From contig CAWISX010000019.1 of NCBI GenBank assembly GCA_963838855.1, positions 57,494-121,493 on the forward strand: a stretch of 64,000 nt of DNA, written 5' to 3'. Under the pieces are notes generated by a model. That model was given only the letters and a program-made list of their open reading frames with translations. It searched no databases and had not been told where the DNA came from. Made by a program: the position numbers and the translations under genes. Origin of the DNA: an uncultured Gemmatimonadales bacterium. Lineage in GTDB: Bacteria; Gemmatimonadota; Gemmatimonadetes; Gemmatimonadales; Gemmatimonadaceae. Of the stretch, positions 32,699 to 38,563 are shown one piece after another; positions within the stretch are counted from its first letter, which is position 1, and each line of letters opens with the position of its first letter.

Positions 32699-32835
32699 AT
32701 CCCCACGCCCGCGCGCGCACGCTCTCGCTGCGGAAGCGCATCATCGCAGCCTTCACGGAGCGGTTGGGGTACAAGGCGGTCGCCCTTTTTCTGGCCCTCG
32801 CCCTATGGCTCTTTACGCACACTTCCCTGCGCTGA
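32695..32835 (+). CDS. possible 46-aa membrane mini-ORF, terminated by the first TGA of the heptamer repeat
   Basis: The GTG at 32695 overlaps the tlpA-like stop (GTGA). Translation is VNPHARARTLSLRKRIIAAFTERLGYKAVALFLALALWLFTHTSLR. This basic stretch plus one TM helix resembles N-termini of YbbR-like proteins; that resemblance is from memory and is weak. Confidence 0.25.
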   Translation: MNPHARARTLSLRKRIIAAFTERLGYKAVALFLALALWLFTHTSLR

Positions 32836-32875
32836 CCCCCTGACCCCCTGACCCCTGACCCCTGACCCCTGACCC
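32833..32875. repeat. tandem repeat (TGACCCC[C]) x6
   Basis: Direct reading gives TGACCCCC TGACCCCC TGACCCC TGACCCC TGACCCC TGACCC. It ends 5 nt before the tsaD GTG (32880). Confidence 0.95.
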
Positions 32876-32879
32876 GCCT

Positions 32880-33924
32880 GTGAGTCGTATTCTCGGAATT
32901 GAGACGTCGTGCGATGAGACGTCAGCTGCCGTCATAGACGAGGATGACGGCGGGACAACGATTCGTTCGCTGGTAATACTGTCGCAGGACCGTCACGCGA
33001 TATTTGGGGGTGTCGTGCCCGAGATCGCCTCGCGCGCCCATCTCACAGCGATTGCTCCCGTTGTAGCCCGAGCCCTGACGGATGCCGAGCTATTGCCGAG
33101 TGAGGTCGATGCCGTGGCGGTAACGTCGGCACCAGGCCTAGTGGGCGCACTCCTCGTTGGCGTGAGCTACGCCAAGGGCCTGGCGTTCGTGACGGGCAAG
33201 CCAGTGGTGTCGGTGCACCACATGGAAGGCCATTCTTTTCGCGGCCTCGCTAGAGCACCGGGACGCCATCCCGCCTTTTACAGCCCTCCTGGTATCGGGC
33301 GGACACACGCTCCTGCTGGACGTCGAGGCCTGGGGAGCGTACCGCCTGCTCGGTAGCACACGGGACGACGCTGCTGGCGAGGCTTTCGACAAGGTCGGAA
33401 AGCTCATGGGGCTGCCATATCCAGGCGGGCCCCACGTCGAGCGCCTTGCCGCCCAGGGCGATCCTGCACGAGCGCGCTTTACGCGACCGATGCTGCGCTC
33501 CGGCTCGCGCCCAGGCGACGATGACTACTACGACGTTTCATTCAGCGGGCTAAAGACCGCTGTCTTCTACGCCGTGCGCGATGCGCCGACGTCCGGGCTA
33601 TCGCTGGCGGACATTGCGCGCGGATTCCAGGATGCGCTGGTAGACACGCTAGTTGAGAAGACTCGGCGCGCAGTGCACGCGTACCGCCGCTCGCGGGTGA
33701 TCCTGGGCGGTGGAGTTGCATGTAATGGCGCTCTCGTGGACGCGATGCGCGCGCGGCTGAGCCCGCAAAACGTCGCAGTCTTCTCGCCGAGCCCGCGTCT
33801 TGCGACGGACAACGCCGCCATGATCGCGCGCGCGGGACTTTTCCACCTCATGCGCGGCAACACCGCCGGGCTCGATCTCAACGCATTCGCCTCCCTACCC
33901 ATTCCAGGGACCTTGGCGGCATGA
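32880..33924 (+). CDS. tsaD: tRNA N6-adenosine threonylcarbamoyltransferase, apparent frameshift near 33234
   Basis: Contains ILGIETSCDETSAAV and VHHMEGH. Track ORF 32880-33356 then goes out of frame. LFAASLEHRDAIPPFTALLVSGGHTLLLDVEAWGAYRLLGSTRDDAAGEAFDKVGKLMGLPYPGGP is readable in the frame of track ORF 33406-33924. Confidence 0.9.
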
Positions 33925-34784
33925 ATCCAATCGTGCACCATCCGTTCTCGTATCAGCTCGGGCCGTTGCAGCTGACCGGTTTCGGGATTGCCGTACTCCT
34001 GGCGTTCGTCATCGCGCAGATCACCTCCGCCGAGATCCTCGCCGAACGAGGATACGATCCTTCAATCACCTCGGACTGCCTGTTCGGCGCCGTCGTGGGC
34101 GGACTACTCGGCGCCAAGATTTACTACGCCGTGCTTACGGGCAGCGTACACTCACTTGTCGAGCGAGCCGGATTCGTGTTTTGGGGCGGGCTGGCTGGTG
34201 GTATCATCGCGACGGCGATCGTTATCTGGGCGAAAAAGTGGCCTTTCACGCGCATTAGCGACGCAGCGGCGCCCGGGCTGGCCGCTGCGTACTCCATTGG
34301 TCGCACAGGCTGTTGGGCGGTGGGCGACGACTATGGGCGCCCCTGGAACTCGCCGTTCGCCGTGGCGTTCCCAGACGGCGCGCCACCGTCCACCGCGCAG
34401 AATCTCGCTCAGCTTTTTCACCTGAGTCTGCCGCCCGGCACGCCCGCGACGCGCGTGATGTCGGTGTATCCGACGCAGCTCGCCGAGGTGGCGCTGGGAT
34501 TCGTGATGTTTCTCATCCTTTGGCGACTACGGAATCACAAGCACGCGGAAGGGTGGCTTTTTGGCCTGTACTGCGTGCTGGCGGGACTGGAGCGGTTCGT
34601 GATCGAATTCTTTCGCGCCAAGGATGATCGTTTTTTCGGCGTGCTGACAATGGCACAGGTCATCGCGATCGCGTTCGCCGTGGGCGGCGCGCTATGGATG
34701 GCGGCACGCTGGCGCGTCCGCCCGAGCGCGCCGGGGATCTATGCCGCGGAGACGACAGTCGCCGGCCAGACCGCAGTGGCGTAA
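33921..34784 (+). CDS. lgt: prolipoprotein diacylglyceryl transferase
   Basis: 287-aa polytopic ORF with GFGIAVLLAF, GAKIYY and the conserved IGRTGCWAVGDDYGRP region. Confidence 0.9.
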   Translation: MNPIVHHPFSYQLGPLQLTGFGIAVLLAFVIAQITSAEILAERGYDPSITSDCLFGAVVGGLLGAKIYYAVLTGSVHSLVERAGFVFWGGLAGGIIATAIVIWAKKWPFTRISDAAAPGLAAAYSIGRTGCWAVGDDYGRPWNSPFAVAFPDGAPPSTAQNLAQLFHLSLPPGTPATRVMSVYPTQLAEVALGFVMFLILWRLRNHKHAEGWLFGLYCVLAGLERFVIEFFRAKDDRFFGVLTMAQVIAIAFAVGGALWMAARWRVRPSAPGIYAAETTVAGQTAVA

Positions 34785-34785
34785 C

Positions 34786-34842
34786 GCCAATCACGATTGG
34801 CGACGGCGCATTCACGCTGCAATCACGATCGCTTAGCATACT
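34786..34842 (+). promoter_or_regulatory. promoter-like region of peptide gene A with three phased direct repeats (putative SARP boxes)
   Basis: AATCACGAT (34789-97), ATTCACGCT (34810-18) and AATCACGAT (34821-29). Then 7 nt, then the -10-like CATACT (34837-42). GGAGG sits at 34885-89 and ATG at 34897. Confidence 0.55.
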
Positions 34843-34896
34843 CCCCGCGTCACCGATCATAACGGGACTGAACGTTAGTCCAATGGAGGCGGGACC

Positions 34897-35043
34897 ATGT
34901 CGAAGCCACAGGATTTCGTCCGAATTGAGCTGACGAAGGCGCAGCAGGAGAACGTGAAAGCGGCGACGGGCAAGGAAGCGGAAGCCATCGAGCTAACGAT
35001 GCAGGAGCTCGAAGAGCGCATTGCGCCGCTCCGCCAACCCTAG
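34897..35043 (+). CDS. 48-aa acidic helical peptide, paralog A (candidate substrate/signal peptide of the adjacent M50 locus)
   Basis: Own translation: MSKPQDFVRIELTKAQQENVKAATGKEAEAIELTMQELEERIAPLRQP. GGAGG-N7-ATG is present. It is too short for the ORF track. It shares 39 of 47 residues with paralog B, and 8 of the codon differences are synonymous. Confidence 0.75.
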   Translation: MSKPQDFVRIELTKAQQENVKAATGKEAEAIELTMQELEERIAPLRQP

Positions 35044-35076
35044 GCGAGTCCCGTACGGCGCGGCGTGCGCGAGAAC

Positions 35077-35133
35077 GCCAATCACGATTCGCGGCCCGCT
35101 ATTCACGCTCCATTCACGATCAATCAGTATAGT
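35077..35133 (+). promoter_or_regulatory. promoter-like region of peptide gene B (duplicate of 34786-34842)
   Basis: AATCACGAT (35080-88), ATTCACGCT (35101-09) and ATTCACGAT (35112-20). Then 7 nt, then TATAGT (35128-33). GGAGG sits at 35177-81 and ATG at 35189. The 21 and 11 nt box spacing is the same as in copy A. Confidence 0.6.
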
Positions 35134-35188
35134 GTTCGCGCAAGTGATGGTTGCACGTCTAAATCGCACTTCCAACGGAGGCGGGACC

Positions 35189-35332
35189 ATGTCGAAGCCA
35201 CAGGAGCACGTCCGCATTGAGCTCACGAAGGCGCAGCAGGAGAGCGTGAAGGCCGCGACGGGCAAGGAAGCCGACGTAATCGAGCTGACGGTACAGGAGC
35301 TCGAAGAGCGCATTGCTCCGTTCCGGGTGTAA
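35189..35332 (+). CDS. 47-aa acidic helical peptide, paralog B
   Basis: MSKPQEHVRIELTKAQQESVKAATGKEADVIELTVQELEERIAPFRV, the C-terminal part of track ORF 35021-35332. I placed the start at 35189 from the SD sequence and the alignment with paralog A. Confidence 0.75.
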   Translation: MSKPQEHVRIELTKAQQESVKAATGKEADVIELTVQELEERIAPFRV

Positions 35333-35394
35333 GCAAGTCACGAGCTGAGCAAGGCACCTAGATCGCGTAATCGTCTGCTAATCGACATGGGCCG

Positions 35395-35428
35395 CGCTGG
35401 GGGCCCGAATTGATCCAGGCCCCCAGCG
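35395..35428. terminator. hairpin between the convergent peptide genes and the M50 operon (possible bidirectional terminator)
   Basis: 11-bp perfect stem CGCTGGGGGCC / GGCCCCCAGCG with a 12-nt loop. There is no clean U-tract on either side. Confidence 0.4.
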
Positions 35429-35463
35429 GAACGCACCGTCGGCCCTTTTAGGTAGGCTCCGAG

Positions 35464-37530
35464 CTACAAGAAGAGATCGGATCGGAGGCGCGCCCGCAGC
35501 GACCACCAGAGGGCGCCAAGCACCGTGGATCGTGCGAGCTCGACGCGGGCCTCCCCGGTGACGCCCAGCCGCCACGCGTCGCCCTGCGGAAGCCGAGCGC
35601 GGATCTCAACATCTCCATTGGACGTCGCCCGGCCGGCCGCAGCCACAGTGAGTACTCGCGTCTGCACGGGGCGCGCGACGTTCGCGTATGAGACAACGTG
35701 TACTGTCTGTCCCGGCTGCACCGCCCCTGCTCCCGGCCCTGTCAGTGTGATGCGCAACTCCAAGCTGTCTGGGTCACCCAACATGAGCACCGCCTCCCCT
35801 GGCGCCACGCGCCGCCCGACAAGTGCCTCGGGACGCGGTGTTACGACTTCGCCAGCGGCGAGCGCTCTCACGGTCAGTGCATCAATGTGGCGTCGTGCGG
35901 CCGCCGCGCGCGTTGATGCGCTCGCACCTGCCGCGTCCATCTCACCAGCGGCTCCCGCGTTGCCAGTCGCGAGCGCGCGCGTGGCGCTGTCTCCGAGCGA
36001 GTCTACATCATGCTCGTCGGCCACTAACTCTTGCATTGCGCGCGGATCGCTCAAGCGCAACAGCGGCGCGCCGGCGCCGACGGTCTCTCCCTCGCGGACC
36101 AGCATCTCCCTCACGATGCCTCCCTCCGGCGCGTCCACCACCACGCCGTGCGCACTTGCGGCTCGAAACACGCCAGTGGCCGTTATCGGCCACGGGATCA
36201 CTGCCAGGAGTACCACGAGCGTGGCCGCAGCCCCGGCGATAACAAGACGGCGACGACCGCGCGGGGCTAACCTACGCACGCGATCCGACCGAGCGCGCAG
36301 TGCCTTCCACGCTGCTCGACTCCAATTCACAGCCTTTTGGCGGGACATGACGGCAATGACACCGATCACCATCAGCGCGCCAAACAGCCCCCACACGCGC
36401 CATCCCACACGAACGACGAACATCGCCGTTGCGGTCAGCACCAAGCTGACGTAGGCAGTCGCCAGCGCACCGTAAATGAGAAAGACTTGCCGTTCGCGCG
36501 CAGAGGCCGGAGGCTCGGGCGCGTCGAGTCCCGTAAGCTGCCGCTGGACCCACCATCCGAAATGCGCGATCGCCCGCTGTCGCAGATTCGGAATCTCGAG
36601 CCAATCGCTGAGCGCGAAATAGCCGTCCAGAGGCAGCAGCGGATTCGCGTTGGCGAGAACCGTTGTCATGCCTCCGACGACCATCGCGACCAACGCCGCT
36701 TGCGAGATTAGCGTGTCCGGCCGCGCCACCCACCACGTGAGGGCCGCCAGCAATGCGATGAGGACCTGCACCCAAGATCCGGCGGCCGTCACCCACAGCC
36801 GCGCACGGCGCTCGGGAAAGCTCCACGCATCGTTGACATTGCAGTAAAACGCGGGCTGGAAGTACACGAGCATGAAGCCCAGCTCGTGCACTTCGCCCCC
36901 GAAATACTTGCACGCGAAGCCGTGTCCGAGCTCGTGCAACAGGACGACGGTTAGAGTGACGACCCATACGAGCACCGCACGTCCCAGCGTGAGGTCGCTG
37001 AGCGACACGAACGATGCGACTGCGTGCGAGAACGCCGACCACGACGACACGACGATGGCAACGTACATCGCCATCGCCACCACCGAGCCTGCCAGGAATG
37101 CCGGGGTAAAGCACCACGCGAGCCATGGCATGAGTCGAGCCATCCAACGGTCTGGATCGCCCATGGACCATCGCATTCGCAGTAGCTCCCCGCGGAACAG
37201 CGAACGCCGGCGATTTCGCTCCGCGCGCAAGCGCTCGAGCTGCATTGTCGAGCGCTCGGCAAGTGTCCGCTCCAAGAGTCCCAATCGCGAACACGTGCCC
37301 GCAAAGCGCTCCACCGCTGCCTCGGACACCGAGAGACCCTCGGCCGCGAGCGCGCGCGCGATTTCGGCCGGGGTGCGCGAGCCGTCAAATGCGCGCAGCA
37401 CGCGCGCCTCGGCGGGACGCATGCGAAAGTATTTCTTCGTGTCAGGATCCTTGACGACGAAGTGCGCCTCGCCCCGAACGACCTGCTCCACCACGACCAC
37501 GCCGGCCCGAGCTCGCGGATAGCGCGGCAT
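35464..37530 (-). CDS. fusion protein: PqqD/RRE-like N-terminal domain + M50 (site-2 protease class) intramembrane metalloprotease + C-terminal HlyD/membrane-fusion-like domain
   Basis: 688-aa ORF. The N-terminus HFVVKDPDTKKYFRMRPAEARVLRAFDGSRTPAEIARALAAEGLSVSEAAVERFAGTCSRLGLLE follows the PqqD pattern. The zinc site is LLHELGHGFACKYFGG, and the second S2P motif is NPLLPLDGYF, in a multi-TM core. The C-terminal ~250 aa carries lipoyl-like and barrel segments (GIVREMLVREGETVGAGAPLLRL ... VRALAAGEVV). Confidence 0.85.
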   Translation of the reverse strand: MPRYPRARAGVVVVEQVVRGEAHFVVKDPDTKKYFRMRPAEARVLRAFDGSRTPAEIARALAAEGLSVSEAAVERFAGTCSRLGLLERTLAERSTMQLERLRAERNRRRSLFRGELLRMRWSMGDPDRWMARLMPWLAWCFTPAFLAGSVVAMAMYVAIVVSSWSAFSHAVASFVSLSDLTLGRAVLVWVVTLTVVLLHELGHGFACKYFGGEVHELGFMLVYFQPAFYCNVNDAWSFPERRARLWVTAAGSWVQVLIALLAALTWWVARPDTLISQAALVAMVVGGMTTVLANANPLLPLDGYFALSDWLEIPNLRQRAIAHFGWWVQRQLTGLDAPEPPASARERQVFLIYGALATAYVSLVLTATAMFVVRVGWRVWGLFGALMVIGVIAVMSRQKAVNWSRAAWKALRARSDRVRRLAPRGRRRLVIAGAAATLVVLLAVIPWPITATGVFRAASAHGVVVDAPEGGIVREMLVREGETVGAGAPLLRLSDPRAMQELVADEHDVDSLGDSATRALATGNAGAAGEMDAAGASASTRAAAARRHIDALTVRALAAGEVVTPRPEALVGRRVAPGEAVLMLGDPDSLELRITLTGPGAGAVQPGQTVHVVSYANVARPVQTRVLTVAAAGRATSNGDVEIRARLPQGDAWRLGVTGEARVELARSTVLGALWWSLRARLRSDLFL

Positions 37531-38558
37531 TAGCGGTCTGCGCCGACAGGCGCGGGATCAACGATGCGCTCCCCTTTGGAGAGGCCAGCTACGACTGCGA
37601 CGCGACCGCGCCCCATATCGGGCCCAAGTACCACCGGCCGCAGAACGGTCCGATCAGCCTGCACCACGAGTACATAGCCATCCGCGCTCACTGCCTCGCG
37701 CGGCACGACCAGCGCAGACAGTCGCTGCGTGCCGAGGTGGACGGTGACGCTCGATCCCGGTAGCAGCGGCGGTCTGGACTCCACGCGAAGGATGACCTCC
37801 CGCGTGCCGCTCGCCGCGTCAATGGCCGGCGCGACACGAACCACGGTAGCACGCGTCGTGACGCCGCCGACGCCAACCGCCGTCGTCGCCGAGCCGACTG
37901 CCAGAGCGAGCGCTCCGGCCTCTGGAACGTGCACTCGCGCCAAGAGTGGCCCGGCTTCCGTCACCCGGAAGAGAGTGTCGCCAGCTGCGACGAGTCGATG
38001 CGGTCGCGCCCACCGGCCGGAAACGAAACCGGTAACTGGCGCGGTGACGCGCGTCAGTTCTAGGGCACGCCGCGCCTTCTCGACCGCGAGCGTCGCCTGA
38101 CGAAGCTGGAACTCCGCCTGTTCAGAATCGGCCGCGCTCACGCCATGGATTCGGGACAGCGCGCGCGACCGGCGCGCGAGACGGTCCGCGTTCTCAAAGG
38201 TCGCGACCGCCTGCTCCAGCGCCAAGCGTTGGTCTGCACTTTCTACAGTGGCCAGCGCATCGCCCGCAGCCACGCGCGCGCCGACGTCCACGAGCACCGT
38301 ATCCACGGTGCCGGAGGCTCGCGCCGCGACGATTGCGTCCCGCTCCACATACAGCTGCGCGGGGAGACCGAGCGGCAAATCGACGCTCGTGCTATCGACA
38401 ACCGTCGTTGCCGGCGCCGCGGCTCGCAGCACGGACGGCTTGCTCTGTTCCGCCGGCGTTCGGGCCGCGCCCTCGCGGCACCTGCTGCCGAGTGCGGCCA
38501 ACATGCCTGCGACCGCGAATGCGCGAACGGCGGCTGCCATTATGGATGCGGCTGGCAT
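37530..38558 (-). CDS. HlyD / RND-type membrane fusion protein (periplasmic adaptor)
   Basis: N-terminal signal/anchor, then SGTVDTVLVDVGARVAAGDALATVES, a coiled-coil hairpin, then RVTAPVTGFVSGR and beta-barrel/MP-domain segments. I chose the ATG at 38558, 5 nt after the upstream stop. Its stop overlaps the ATG of the M50 fusion (TAATG). Confidence 0.85.
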   Translation of the reverse strand: MPAASIMAAAVRAFAVAGMLAALGSRCREGAARTPAEQSKPSVLRAAAPATTVVDSTSVDLPLGLPAQLYVERDAIVAARASGTVDTVLVDVGARVAAGDALATVESADQRLALEQAVATFENADRLARRSRALSRIHGVSAADSEQAEFQLRQATLAVEKARRALELTRVTAPVTGFVSGRWARPHRLVAAGDTLFRVTEAGPLLARVHVPEAGALALAVGSATTAVGVGGVTTRATVVRVAPAIDAASGTREVILRVESRPPLLPGSSVTVHLGTQRLSALVVPREAVSADGYVLVVQADRTVLRPVVLGPDMGRGRVAVVAGLSKGERIVDPAPVGADR

Positions 38559-38563
38559 TCGCG

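Noticed and set aside
34788-34801. CCAATC-AC-GATTGG as a palindromic operator upstream of peptide A
   Set aside because: The right arm is not conserved in copy B (GATTCG), whereas the direct-repeat reading (three TCACG boxes) is conserved in both copies. The direct-repeat interpretation is preferred.
35021-35188. N-terminal extension of track ORF 35021-35332 (103 aa) in front of peptide B
   Set aside because: The extension covers the stop region of peptide A and the conserved promoter boxes. Paralog alignment and the identical GGAGG-N7-ATG place the real start at 35189.
34897-35332. Classifying the twin peptides as a known RiPP class (lanthipeptide, NHLP/Nif11, lasso, thiopeptide)
   Set aside because: The peptides have no Cys and almost no Ser/Thr-rich core. 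There is no double-glycine site, no C39 ABC transporter and no tailoring enzyme within at least 8 kb. Only the RRE-like domain is RiPP-like.
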